A stretch of 64,000 nucleotides of DNA from Mobula hypostoma (GCF_963921235.1 NC_086097.1:41170001-41234000), one strand, 5' to 3'. Positions 1-12,884 are shown, counted from the first letter of the stretch. The notes: generated by a model from the sequence alone, not told the origin. Program-made: numbers and translations.

Positions 1-796
1 AACTAGCGGTCCCTACCCACCATTATAGGGCGACTGATTTAAGATGGGGGTAAAGTAGATATGCGGAAACGTGAGTAGATTTTAAAAAATGAAACCTGAA
101 ATTATAACCAACTACATCTCTGGAGATGTAAAAAGAGTCAATGTTTCATGTCAGTGACCAAAACTTTTTAATTTCAGATTTATCGCAGCTATAGTATTTT
201 CAGATAATGATTCAGATTTTTCCACCTCCTCCACATCAATGCTTTGACGTTTCACTTGCTCCATTACCAACCGCTTCCATCGTGAAGATCATTTGTTTCA
301 GTTGTTAATTAGGGGCGCCGAGGAAGAGACCAGTGCTGAAGAGTAAGCTTGCTGCTGAGCTGGCAGGCGCTGAAAGGGGCCAGGGAAATGAGGTTATTGT
401 AGATTGCTTGACTGAAATCTGACCGCATAAACCGCAGGACTGAATGGCCACATTCTATCCTGCCATGTTTCAGCATAATTAGGGAATAAAATGCAAATGT
501 ATACCTCTACGCATGCAAATGTTATGAAGTTATTATATACGTCGGCACCTCTGAGAGCATGCTGTTTCCACTAAGAGGTAATAGTGCCAGCACAATGCAA
601 TTCCCTCCTCACTGCAGAGAGAATTACGGCAGGACAAGTGAAGCTTTGGAAAGCGATGAGACATTTGAATGTATTTCAATTGTAAATTAATCTCCCATTG
701 CTGAAATAATTAAAAATAAGGGTCCTGCAAATGATTAGTCATATCTCTAGAGGGAGAAACTTGGTTACTGTCTTAAGTCACAGATATTTCATATAG

Positions 797-1125
797 AATC
801 AGAATCAGTTTTATTATCACTGATGTATGTTATGAAATATGTTGCTTTCCAGCTGTAGCACAATCGAATAAATCAGAGGTCCATGAACCTGTCCTCATTA
901 CGGGAACAGAGTTGGAGAGGGTCAGTAACTTGGTATTATCAACTCAAAGGATCTGTCCTGGGACCAGCACATTAGTGTCATCATGCAGAAGGCACTGCAG
1001 TGCCTCTACTTCCCTAGAAATTTGCACAAATTTGGCATGTAGTATAAAACTTTGACAAAGTTCTACAGGTGCACAGTGGAGAGCATCCTGACTGTTGCAT
1101 AATGGCTTGGCTCCATGTGACCTAT
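797..1125. mobile_element. Degenerate Rex1/Babar-type LINE fragments (short antisense 3' tail followed by a sense ORF remnant)
   Basis: 'gaatcagaatcagttttattatcac' is the reverse complement of the (ATTCTG)n tail at ~12200; 900-1120 resembles the 11500-11720 segment (SEDL-W-QH, TVESILT). Confidence 0.6.
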
Positions 1126-1970
1126 AATATGTAAAGACCTGTAAATAAAGCAAAAGTGAAGCTAATGGCTCACTTTTTAAAGTGCTGCTGCAGACCCTAA
1201 ATATTTTCACTGAAGAAGGAACAACAGTACCTTCTCATACTGACGAGCTTCTGAGCACAGATAGAACAAGCATTTAGACAATTGCTTCAAGGCAAACACT
1301 TTTCTCTTGTATATAACTGTAACAGACAAGGAACAGTAACCTTACTTCAGCAAGCAATTCATAGCCTTTCTTTAGGTTCTGCTGTCAAAGTGATATATAA
1401 GGAAGAGTCCTGTAAACAGAAGCCAAAAGCTCCAGCACACATTTTCTGCTTTTGAAATATGCAGTTCGGTTCTTTCAGCAATCACCGCATAAGAATTGTC
1501 TTCTCTGAATTTTAATGACAATTAGAGAAGATTATTATATTATCATATTTCTTAACTGGTACCACTGTGAAAGCAAACTCTAATTTCACTGTTCTCTATT
1601 TTACATGGTTCCATTTCCTACTGTTGCATTTTCCAAGAAAACCAAACAAATAATTGACTCAAGAAGGAAGCTAAGGGAATGCACCTTAACAGTGTGTCTC
1701 TCACAACCTTTGGATGGCTCTGTAATTCTCAGACATTGAATTACTTGCTAAGTGCAGCCAGCTTCTTCTCTACAGCAGTGGCAGTAACTAATTTATGCAG
1801 TATGACTAACTTGAATCAGATTTTCTCAGAATTGGAAAGTTCCTCTGACGGTATGCTTTTCGGTAATTCAATCAATACTTTATTCCTTCTGTCTAGTGCA
1901 GTCCAGGGGATTAATGAAAGTACTTGCTCGTTAATGATGAAAGGCTGGGTCCTTAAGGTTCATTTGGGGG

Positions 1971-2829
1971 TGTTACGTACCCCGTAACTGGGTTGCCAAA
2001 CCAGCAGAAATGGATCACTCAGTTGGAGTCTGGAGTACTAGAACTAAGAAAGTTTTATTAAAGAAACAAGCAACACAGTAATCGAAAGGATAATAAATGC
2101 AACAATTCAACAATGATAACCACACATGTGCACAGAATTAAGATAACAGCATCAATCAAGCTCTATCGTTGTCTAGGGGTAAATGACCAATTTCAAAATG
2201 ACTCAAAGTTCAGTCCAGTTAGTAGTTCAGTTCGCAGTAATCGTTGCCATGGCGATGGACAAGGTGGGGGAAGAGAGACATAGAATAGGAACAACTGATC
2301 ATTCAGAACGGCTTCACTCACAGACCAGCGAGATGGCTCACAAACAGCATTTGGGCGGGTCCTTGGTGATGTCACCTGAGGTCACCGACTGTGACCCCTC
2401 CTCCAGATGCAGTCGATCCTCTGCAGTGAACCCGGCACCCAGGCAAGGGCGGACACACACCGGGTTCCCGCTGATCGTACCTTTCCACCCTTGTCGTTGT
2501 CTGGTACTTCTCATCCACTCGTGAGAGGCGCACCGCTTCCAGGGTCTCGTTACCTCGGGTGGCGTGTGTGTGTGTCTTAGCGAACCTGTCCCTTTTTATC
2601 CCCCTGCTGGGGCATCGCCTGTCCATCACTTCAAACAGTTCAGGGTTCAAAGGGGGGAGCCGCTCCAGACAGCTCTCTCTCCCACATCCCTTCATTACAC
2701 ATCTCCAGACGCTGCTCCATTGTTCCTTATCTCTCCTTCCCCTGAGGGCAGGTGGCAGACCAACTGCTGATGCCACTGATGCTAGCCCAGGCCAGCAAAC
2801 ATCTTAATTTTATGTGTATTCTCGTAACA
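1971..2829 (-). mobile_element. Solo LTR, 859 bp
   Basis: Termini TGTTACG...CGTAACA (7-bp perfect inverted repeat); GGGG on both flanks (4-bp TSD); minus-strand AATAAA near 2055 and TATA-like GATAAAAAG near 2595; no internal gag/pol. Confidence 0.85.
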
Positions 2830-3109
2830 GGGGAAATTGCTAAAGATGACCCAAAGACACCCATAATATTTGGCCTAGTGATGTGGAACAACATGACTAA
2901 GAAAAGTGGTGATTAGTAGATTCATTCTTGTTTCTTTTGTGGAATAAATTACTTCGGAAAGTTCACAATGTATGTTTCATTAGTCAACTAATGTGAACTG
3001 AAGTAGTACAGAAGTGATAACAGAAAGCTTTGAACAATCCTACAGTCCCAGTGAGGACCATGAATTATAACAGCATCTTTATTCACTGTTAAATGACGTG
3101 ATCTTGGTC

Positions 3110-3480
3110 AATACATGAGATGCTGGAAGAAGGCATCATTGAGGGGGAATGGACAGTTGACAATTCAAGTGAAGACCCTTCATCTTGACTGGATGCCTGC
3201 ACAAACAGTTCATGATCACATCCTCATTATTTATTTTTATTGCACCATATATTTATGTTTTAATTTATAGTAATTTTGGCCTTGCACTGTACTGCTACCA
3301 CAAAACAACAAATTTCACGTCATATAATTCAACGACAATAATCTTGATCTTGATTCGGTCCTGATGAAAGGTATTCATCTGAAACATTGACTGTTCATTT
3401 TGCACCACAGATGTTGACTGAGCACTGAGTTCTTCTCGTGTGTTGCTCCAGATTCTAGTAATTGCGGAATCTTGCATCGG
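3110..3480. mobile_element. Inverted pair of decayed Penelope pseudo-LTR remnants separated by a Rex1-type 3' tail
   Basis: 3150-3192 is an antisense and 3357-3480 a sense degenerate match to the pLTR at 28765-28900; 3215-3355 ends in an ATCTTG-type tail. Confidence 0.55.
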
Positions 3481-3959
3481 CAAAACCTTGGTTGCACAAA
3501 GATTTTATTGCCTTCTCTAGATTGAAAGATTTATAGGAGTAACCATGATTTTAACCATGAAGTTTGGTCAGCCAGAACTCCTCACTCAAATTTGGGTAGG
3601 TTGTGGCTGTATTTTTCCTGGAACAATGGGTGGTGCAAATATCCTGAGCTGAAGGGCCTGTTCCTATACTGAATTGTTCAACACCCTTCAGGGACAGGTC
3701 TTGGGATTTCTCTTGGTTGTGACATTCAGTTATTATAGCCCCATTCAACCACCTAATGTAAGCTCAGATGAGCTGGTCTGCAGGTTTGAGCCTGGGTAGT
3801 GCCTTACAGCAGACAGTCCAGTTCAGTAATTATAATATTGCTGGTCATTGGCAGATAGGATTACCGTAGTTAGATTGAAATTGTGGTTTGTACTGTACGG
3901 ACATCATGGAACAGAGAGCTTGTTCTTGTGTTCCATTGTTTCTGTGTTTTCAATGTAAG

Positions 3960-4200
3960 ATAAGAGGGGAAAATATTAACAGGAACTCAAGGGACAAGCT
4001 TTCACATGGTGGATGCAGGTATTTGGAACAAATTGCCAGAGGAAGTGGTAAAGGCAGGTAAATATGTTCAAAAGATATTTAGGTAGATACATGGATAGGA
4101 AAGGTTTAAAGGGATATAGACCAAATGGAACTAATGTAATTAGCATTTTGGTCAGTATGTACAAACTGGGTCCTTTCCCATTTTGCGTAATTCTTTAAAT
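3960..4200 (+). mobile_element. CR1 LINE 3' fragment, decayed
   Basis: Encodes a WN-LPEEVV-AG-like C-terminal CR1 ORF2 segment matching other CR1 copies in the window. Confidence 0.55.
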
Positions 4201-5454
4201 CTGTGAAATGACTGGAAATCTGGTCATCTTAGTTTTGAACAACTGTTGAGAGATCAGTTTGAAGGTTCGTCATAAGATGAATCGACTTCAGTTCAGAATG
4301 TTAGATATTGAACCAGATTAGGTAAATAACATCGCCATAATTGAACTGAATGAAAGTGTAGCTTTGAGGTGCTGAGTGGAATAAACATGTTCTTGTGTAT
4401 GGAAACTTAATTTTAGCTGCTTATTCCCAAAAACAACAAATTGTGTTCCTATTTGTCAAAATTCAAGCTTTCTTTTTCTCTAGAAATCAAGCCCTTAATC
4501 CCTTTTTGTCCCTACTTTTCCACTCTCACCACTCTTCACTAAGATGAAGCCCCATATCTTCCCTATTACAAGTCAGAGGTGGTGTTTAGTGTGGGAATTC
4601 AAGAATTTGGAATCTTGCCAGAAGAAGGCAAACATGGAGCAATTTAAATAGCATTCAAGAGCCCAGAAATGGAAGCAGGCAAATTTCCCCAAAGATTGCA
4701 GGGTTGAGGAAGGATACAAAATTGAGCCAACTGAATCAAAGAGAGATTTGAAAGCAAGGATGGATTTTAAAGAGGAATCATTATATTGAAATCGCCTCAA
4801 AAGCTAACAGCGCAGTTTCTTCTGTAGCAGATCGATAATCTACTGTACCATGAAGCATTGTACTGAGGCTTTTTTAGAGCTTTTTTAATTGTGTAAATCA
4901 ATTTTTAACTGTTTTATCTTGGTGTTAATAGATAAGATTGGCGGCACACAAACATAATTGAGTTATCAATTAAATGTTATGCACCATTTTTGTTCACAGA
5001 CTTGATAAAGCAACAAAGGTCTTAAATAAAATGACAGCAGTGTTGTGTTCAGTAAATGGGAAAAAAAAATACTGGTTTAGAAGGCAAACTCTCAGTGTGA
5101 AACCAACCAATTGTGACGTGCTTGGTGAGCCCTTGAACTGAAAATGTAACTTCTCGGAGGACACACGGGAGCAGTGGATAATAAATGAGTTTTGATAGCT
5201 TTTTGAAATTCTGGGGGAAGTGTTTTCAAAGGGTTGTCAAGAATGTTGGTATTGTATTTGTGCTTTTATATCAAACACCAATGTTGAAATTGACTACCAG
5301 AATGACAATTTATCACAGGGAGGTTTTCACTTTTTCTGACACAGTTGTTTCATGTTATACTACTATAATCAACTAAAATGTTAAATGTGAGCATTTAGTC
5401 TGAATCTGAGATGGCATTGAAATATATATTTATCATGGTAGGACAGGTCAGTCA

Positions 5455-5668
5455 GTTTAAGCACACTTAGTCTCACAGTCCAAAAATTTTAGGAACAGCT
5501 TCTTCCCCTGTGCCATCAGATTTTTGAATGGTCCATGAACACTACCGAATTATTCCTCTATCATACTTATTTACTTATTATTATAATTTATAGTAATTTC
5601 ATGTCTTGTACCATACTGCTGCCACAAGACAAATTTCACAACATTTGTCAGCTTTGATTCTGATTCTG
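5455..5668 (+). mobile_element. Rex1/Babar-type LINE 3' end
   Basis: 'aggaacagcttcttcccctgtgccatcaga' matches 11945-11975; ends in GATTCTGATTCTGA. Confidence 0.7.
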
Positions 5669-5775
5669 AAATTTGTGACTCTTAAGTTGCCAAAAAAAAA
5701 AATTGGATCATGACTTCCTGAACCTTGTTCATGCGGAGATGTGCTAGATGTGTAGTTTCTTAAAGGAGATGCAAA

Positions 5776-6306
5776 TGGCCTCCTCCACTGTCGTGATGAA
5801 GCCACACTTAGGTTGGAGGAACAAAACCTTATATTCTGGGTAGCTTCCAGCCTGATGGCATGAACATCAATTTCTCAAACTTCCAGTAATCCCCCCCTCC
5901 ACCACCTTCACCACTCCCCATCCCCTTTTCCCTCTCTCACTTTATCTCCTTGCCCGCCCATTGCCCCCCTCTGGCGCTCTTCCCCCCTTGTCTTTCTTCC
6001 ATGGCTTCCTGTTCTCTTCTGTCAGACTCCCCCTCTTCCAGCTATGTATCTCCTTCAGTCAACTTCCCAGCTCTTTACTTCATCCCTCCCCCTTCAGATT
6101 TCACCCATCATCTTGTGTTTCTCTCTCCCCTTCCCCACCTTTTAAATCTACTCCTCAGGTTTTTTTCCTCCAGCCTGCCAAAAGGTTTTGGCCTGAAACA
6201 TTGACTGCTTACTCTTTTCCATTGTTGCTGCCTGGCCTGCTGAGTTCCCTCTACATTTTGTGTGTGTTGCTCAGATTTCCAGCATCTGCAGATTTTCTCG
6301 TGTTTG
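5776..6306 (+). mobile_element. Penelope-like element 3' fragment (end of GIY-YIG ORF plus pseudo-LTR)
   Basis: Colinear with 28323-28900 (GLL-C-DEATLRLEEQ...QPD-MNI-FSNF); pyrimidine-rich UTR; decayed hammerhead at ~6170-6206. Confidence 0.85.
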
Positions 6307-7249
6307 AATATTAAATGGTTTTGATTTCTTTATTGTCACCCTTAGGAAGATATATTTGGACCCTGTTCTGTTCTTATCTCATTCCCCCATCATTCTCTGC
6401 TGGTGCAGATGGAACTTATGGATAAATCCACTCTCTATTGACCATTAACTTCTTTGGCAATAGTAAACAATAAAAAACTATTGACAGAACTACTAGTAGA
6501 TGAATGGCACGCTATTATTATTAAGTGGTCTAACTTAAAGAGTTGATTTGTCGGGCAGTGACCTTTGCCTATAAGTTTTTTGCCTGGAATATTAATTTCC
6601 TTTTTCCTTCTTCCACATGGTGATTCAACGTTTCAGGCATTTTCTTCATTTTGGGTTTCTACTTTGGAACTAATAACTGCTGAAACAAGTTGGTTGTGAG
6701 GTTGTTCAGTTCCTTCACTGTGGGTCAAAGCATCTGCAACCTTCATTGATTTCTTACTTCTAGATTCTTAGTAAAAATGAGATTGAAAACCTTTACCTGA
6801 GAACTCCGCTGAACTGTTCGCCCATTGTATTTACCATACTTAGAAGTAAGCTGCCATGGAAAGCAACTTTGCAATGTTATGCAGGTAGTAACATCAAAGT
6901 GGCTGGGGCTTTAATACCTTTACTTGCAGCTTCTCTTAAACAACAGCTTAAGGTTGCAGAGCACTTTCAACTGAGTGGGACATTGAAAGATGGCATATGA
7001 GGAAGAAACGGAATCACACATTGTCATAGCATTAAAAAAGTGAATAGAAAGCTACTGAAAATCTCATTTTAATGGTGTCTTGTAAAATTGGGAGTGGGAG
7101 CAGGAAGACCAAACATTACAGCCAGTTGTTACATCTAGATGAGCTCCAGTTATTGCACACAGATAGCTGAAAACTTTAAAACAAACTGAAGATCTGGAGA
7201 AGATGCAGAAAGTTGAGGCACAGGACCATGGATATTGCTAAATTGGTTT

Positions 7250-8110
7250 ATTATCTTCAGTAAAAAAGACGTATCTTGCATACAGTTCATACCAGTCATT
7301 TTCTTGTCCTTCCTTTGAGGTAGTGTGCAAGGTAAAAGAGTAGAGTGCAGACAAAGTGCACTGCGGTGCTGGCAGGCAATGAGATAGATGTTGAGGTCAA
7401 GGGTGTGTGTTATCATAATAGAGAAATCTGACAACAGTAGGACAGAAGCTGCTCTTGAGCTTGGCGGTACAGGTGCTTTCAGGTTTTTGTACTTTCTGCC
7501 CGAGGTGGGGGGGTGGGGGGTAGAAGAGAGAATGTTCAGTGAGGCAGGGTTTTTTTGTGTAGGCAAGTGTATTCAGTGTCCAGGGAGGGAGACTGGTTTC
7601 TATGATATGCTGATCGGTGCCCATTACTCTGCAGTTACTCGCAGTCACGTGCAGATCAGTTGCCATACCAAGCTGTTGTGTTCCTGGACAGGAGGCTTGC
7701 TATGGTGCAACAATAAAAGTCTGTGAGAGTCAAAGAGGATGTGCCAAATTTCTTTCGCCTCCTGAGGACATGGGGGCACTGGTGAGCTTTATTGGCCCTG
7801 GCTTCTAGGTGGTTGGTTATTGGTGATGTTCTTTCCTTGGAAATGGAAGCTCTCAATCCTCTTGACTGTTGGTGCAAACAGGAGCACGTGCACTGCTCCC
7901 TTCTTGAAGTTAGTGACCAGCTCACCAGCTTTTCCTGACATTGAGGGAAAGCTTTTGTCATATCACATAGTCATGAGGCTCTCTATCTGCTTCCTTTACT
8001 CTGGCTCATTGTTATTTGAGATACAGGCCACTGCAAACGTACGTGGAGCTGGAGCAGAATCTGGCCACACAATCACATGTGCACAGAGAGTAGATTAAGG
8101 GCCTGATGTT
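7250..8110 (-). mobile_element. Rex1/Babar-type LINE 3' fragment, decayed
   Basis: Minus strand encodes SGRKYKNLKA and CITAWYGN-like motifs matching the ORF end at 11513-11992. Confidence 0.75.
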
Positions 8111-9659
8111 AGAGTCTTTTCGAGCACCAGTGTTTGGAGCAGATGTACTGTGAATTGGAACTCATCTATTTGATCATGTAAATCTCTTCATTGGACTTGT
8201 TCCAATAAACGATAATTTAGGATGCAGAAGGAACCAGGCTTTGTGAATTACGCAGTATTCAGAAATGTATAAAGCATTGCAGTTGCAGGAAATCTGAAAT
8301 AAAGCAAGAAGCTGGCAGATGCTTGAGATAACCTATTGTCAGTGTTTCACTGTAGGAATTTAAAATTACCACCTTTCTTGCAAGATCATCCAAAATTCTG
8401 CAGTGCGTTTGTCAGTGGCTGCAAGACTGCAGTCATGGTCTCTCACCCAATCTTAAATTGAGATGATTTGAGCTCGGAGCTGGCTGCTTGCTTTGAGCCT
8501 GATAAAACATGCTACAGCACAGTACGACAGAACAAATGACAAAGTTTCCACTTCATTGTCTTGCACATGTCAGTTAAGCTATGAACTGAAACCTTTTTTG
8601 TTCATAAATAAATTTAAAGGGCTCTTCTGATCAATTAGAAAGATTCAAACCAGTCAAGACACCTCACAACAGTCAACAGCATTGCCAAGATTTCTTTTAA
8701 TTACTTGATCTGAAAGAAAAGGCAGCTGATGTTAGATGTCATTGCACAGATTTTGGGGATTTTCAGAGTCTGGAGCAAGGAAGGCCAATCTGGGGAAGGG
8801 TGAGGAGGAGATGACAAATGAGAGTGGGGAAGAGATTGGAAAGAGGTGGGAGGAGAGGAGCTGGGGAAGGATGGAAGATTAAAAGAGGAGGGGAACTGAC
8901 ATCTACAGACGAGGGGCTCTGTGCTATATAATTCTGCAGTTCTAATTATAAATTAGCACTGTCCACGTAACCTTGGAGTCATCGTGTGTGATGGGTTAAG
9001 TGGCTTCGTTCTTTGTGTATTCCTCTGACAGCTGTGCCACTGTGCAATAAAATCACTTCCTCTAAATATTTTAGTGACATTTCTTGTGCTTTATACTTGA
9101 TATCCTGCGGGGTGGAAAGCCTTAAATGACCAGCTTTTGCTGGCTGTCTGCTGCTACCAATGTAATGCAACACTGCACTGGCTTTTGAAGGTCAAGCATC
9201 TGCAAGCAATGATTTGATGGTGGCTCCAGTAGGCAACTGGATAGAAAAATTCCAGTTGTCCTCTGAGGTCACCCATAAATATCAAATTCTAATTGATGCT
9301 GTGTGGCTTGGGGTTCTGCCGAGCCTGTGAACGGCATTGCAGGAGGAAACTAATTGACCCTGATTGTGCAGGTGATTTTTGTGGCCCAACTTGGATTGTT
9401 GGGGTTCAGTGGGCGAGAGCAGGATCTCAGGCATGAGTGACGGCTCGTATAAGACCCAACGCCCAAAGTAATGCAACATTGCAAGTCCAAAATGTTCCCA
9501 GTAATATATGAACTGACGAAATCTTGTGCATAACGCTCAATGGTGCTTTTGAAATTACCAAATACAAACATAATATTGGAAATGTAGCCAGAAGTCTTTA
9601 CAATAGAAAAATAAGCCAATTAGTAATATTTTATGCAACCAGGCAATAAATTGAGCATT

Positions 9660-10030
9660 AATAAAACACAATGTCTGAGCAGCATCAGTGGAGGGAAAAG
9701 AATGGTCGATGTTTCGTGTCATCAGGACTGAGAGCCAGTATAAAGGGGAGGGGGAAGAGGTGTGACAGGAGCTGGGTGAATATAGGTGGGGGAAAATAAA
9801 GATGGTGTGTGAATGGAGACCGATGGGGTGGGGTTGGTGATGTTGGGAATCACAAACTGGAATGAGAGGTGGTCACAGAAAAGGAAGGAAGAAACAAGCA
9901 AGGCAGGGGGAGCCAAGTGGGGAGAGGGGATGGTGAAGCTAGAGGCTGGAGGGTGATGAGGGGAGGCACAAGAGGTGCGAGTTTTGCACTCTGATAAATA
10001 AGGTAGTTGATAGGTGGAACCAGAGGTGAG
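9660..10030 (-). mobile_element. Penelope pseudo-LTR remnant
   Basis: Minus strand CAGTCCTGATGA...GAAACATCGACC and GATGCTGC motifs; purine-rich plus strand corresponds to the pyrimidine-rich pLTR. Confidence 0.55.
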
Positions 10031-10033
10031 AGC

Positions 10034-12222
10034 TGCGGGCTAAGGCCAATGTCAAGCAGGCTTTAGATGATCTGAGTAATGGGATCAACTTGCACGAAAC
10101 AGCACACCCTAACGCCTTCACCATCGTTTTGGGAGATTTTAATTAGGCTAGTGTGAAAAAATCACTAAGCAACTGCCATCAACAGATCACTTGCAATACC
10201 AGAGGAAACAACACACTGGACCATTGCTATAACATCATCAAGAATGCCTACCATGCTATCCCACGCCCTCACTTCAGGAAGTCTGATCACCTCGCTGTAC
10301 TTCTACTCCCCGAGTATAGGCAGAGACTGAAGACTGCACCACCCGACTGCAGTGAGGGCTAAGAAGGTATGGACAAGGGAAGCACAGGAGTGCCTACAGG
10401 ACTGCTTTGAATCGGTGGCCTGGACCGTATTCAGGGAGTCATCTTCGAACCTGGATGAGTATGCTACAGTTGTTACTGACTTCATTAAAACCTATATGGA
10501 TGAGTGTGTGCCTACAAAGACTTACTGTACATTCTCAAACCAAAAGCCATGAATGAACCAGGAGGTACGTTGTCTGCTGAAGGCTGGATCTGTGGCATTC
10601 AAGTCTGGCGGCCCAGGCCTATACCAGAAAACCAGGTATGATCTGCGGAGGGCTATTTCAAGGGCAAAGAGACAATTTTGAAAGAGGTTGGAGGTGGCAT
10701 CAGACTCACAGCAACTCTGGCAGGCTCTGCAAGACATTGCTTCCTACAAAGCAAAGCCCAATGACATGAATGGCAGTGATGCTTCACTACCAGATGAACT
10801 CAACATCTTCTACGCACACTTTAAAAGAGAGAACACAACTATAGCTGTGAAGATTCCTGCTGCACCTGATGACCCTGTGATCACTGTCTCAGAGGCTGAT
10901 GTCAGAATCAGAATCAGGTTTATTGTCACTGGCATGTGACGTGAAATTTGTTAACTTAGCAGCAGCAGGCTGCCTTTAAAGAGAGTGAACCCTCGCAAGG
11001 CGGAAGCTCCTGATGGAGTACGTGGTAAGGCTCTGAAAACCTGTGCCAACCAACTAGCGGGAGTATTCAAGGACATTTTCAACCTCTCACTGCTAGGGGC
11101 GGAAGTTCCCACTTGCTTTAAAAAGGCAACAATTATACCAGTGCCTAAGAAGAATAATGTGAGCTGCCTTAATGACTATCGCCCAGTAGTACTCACATCG
11201 ACAGTGATGAAATGCTTGGAGAGGTTGGTCAGGGGTGTATACTTAACCCACTGCTCTACACTCTATATACCCATCACTGTATGGCTAGGTATAGCTCAAA
11301 TACCATCTATAAATTTGCTGATGATACCACCATTGTTGATAAAATCTCAGGTGGTGACGAGAGGGCGTACAGGCGTGAGATATGCCAACGAGTGGAGTGG
11401 TGCGGCAGCAACAACCTGGCATTCAACATCAGTAAGATGAAAGAGCTGATTGTGGACTTCAGGAAGGGTGAAATGAAGGAACACACACCAATCCTCACAG
11501 AGGGAATCAGAAGTGGAGAGAGTGAGCAGCTTCAAGTTCCTGGGTGTCAAGTTCTCTGAAGATCTAACCTGGTCCCAACATATCGATGCAGTTATAAAGA
11601 AGGCAAGACAGCGGCTGTACTTCATTAGGAGTTTGAAGAGATTTGGTATGCCTACAAATACACTCAAAAACTTCAATAGTTGTACCGTGGAGAGCTTTCT
11701 GACAGGCTGCATCACTGTCTGGTATGGAGGGGCTACTGCACAGGACCGAAAGAAGCTGCAGAAGGTTGTAAATCTGGTCATCTTGGGTACTAACCCACAA
11801 AGTACCCAGGACATCTTTAGGGAGCGGTGTCTCAAAAAGGCAGCGTCCATTATTAAGGACCTGCAGCACCCAGGGCATGCCCTTTTCTCACTGTTACCAT
11901 CAGGTAGGAGGTACAGAAACCTGAAGGCACACACTCAGCAATTCAGGAACAGCTTCTTCCCCTCTGCCATCTGTTTCCTAAATGGACATTGAATCTTTGA
12001 ACACTACCTCACTTTTTTTTAAACATACAGTAATTCTGTGGTTGCACTTTTCTTAATCTATTCAATATACGTAATTGATTTACTAGCTTATTTATTTTTT
12101 TATTTTATTTATTATTATTATTTCTTTCTCTCTGCTAGATTATGTGTTGCATTGAACTACTGTCTCTAAGTTAACAAATTTCACGTCACGTGCCAGTGAT
12201 AATAAACCTGATTCTGATACTG
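10034..12222 (+). mobile_element. Rex1/Babar-type LINE, 5'-truncated, with internal deletion
   Basis: APE endonuclease motifs (GDFN, TRGNNTLDHCY, SDH); RT motifs (NDYRPV-LTS, KFADDTT); C-terminal FRNSFFP; AATAAA plus GATTCTGAT tail; stops and frameshifts. Confidence 0.9.
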
Positions 12223-12289
12223 ATTGTGGGGAAAAAAAGAGAAAGCAGGAGCACCAAATAATCCCATACATTCTTTCTAGTTTCTTATC

Positions 12290-12520
12290 AGCATTCCCCA
12301 CTCCCAACCCTCAATTTCACCATTCACCTGCACACCAGGGACAATTTTCAGTGACCATCCAGCCTACCTTCCTGCATGTGAGTTTTGGACCCGAGACAAA
12401 AGCAGCACACCTGGAGGAAACCCATACGATCACAGGAAAAACATACACAGGTAGCTCTTGAGGAAAGGATTGAGCTAGGTTCCTGGCCGTGTGAGTCAGC
12501 CACTCCAATCAGTGCCACTC
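12290..12520 (-). mobile_element. V-domain-type (HE1-like) SINE, decayed
   Basis: 'cacctggaggaaacccatacgatcacagg' is the reverse complement of the core 'tgggtttcctccgggtgc' seen at 50828-50845. Confidence 0.55.
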
Positions 12521-12884
12521 TGCTGCTGTTGAGGGTCAACACCACATTGAAATGAACACCTGGAAGATAGATTTCTGTTTTCCGTTCCCCATGAAGCTCC
12601 TCATGATTTTTCAGTAATGCCATTGGGAGATAAGTGCTCCCAGAACTGGCCATAAAAGAGGAAGAGTTATTTGTAAAGGTGCTGTCTCCTTTCATCAATG
12701 ACATAATATTTTACTGACATAGTCTTATATTTCCTCACGGTTCATTTTTGAAAGACGGCAGTAGTGAATATTTGAACCTTTTGTCATTTTTGTATACAGA
12801 CAAAGGGGAACATGGCCTTTACATATAGTATTAGGAAAATATATTTGTAATGTCAGGACATCACAAGTCCTTCACAGTGGAGTA

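Noticed and set aside
1130..1530. Possible minus-strand exon or ancient transposase remnant (YELLAEVRLLFLV...)
   Set aside because: Stops in all frames examined and no recognisable domain; the splice-like sites are expected by chance
2183..2807. Overlapping ORFs of 60-134 aa
   Set aside because: They lie within the solo LTR and have no domain motifs; chance ORFs in GC-richer DNA
6763..6850. Candidate plus-strand exon (ttctag...gtaagc, ILSKNEIENLYLRTP...)
   Set aside because: Short, no recognisable homology and no partner exons; needs RNA-seq or protein alignment
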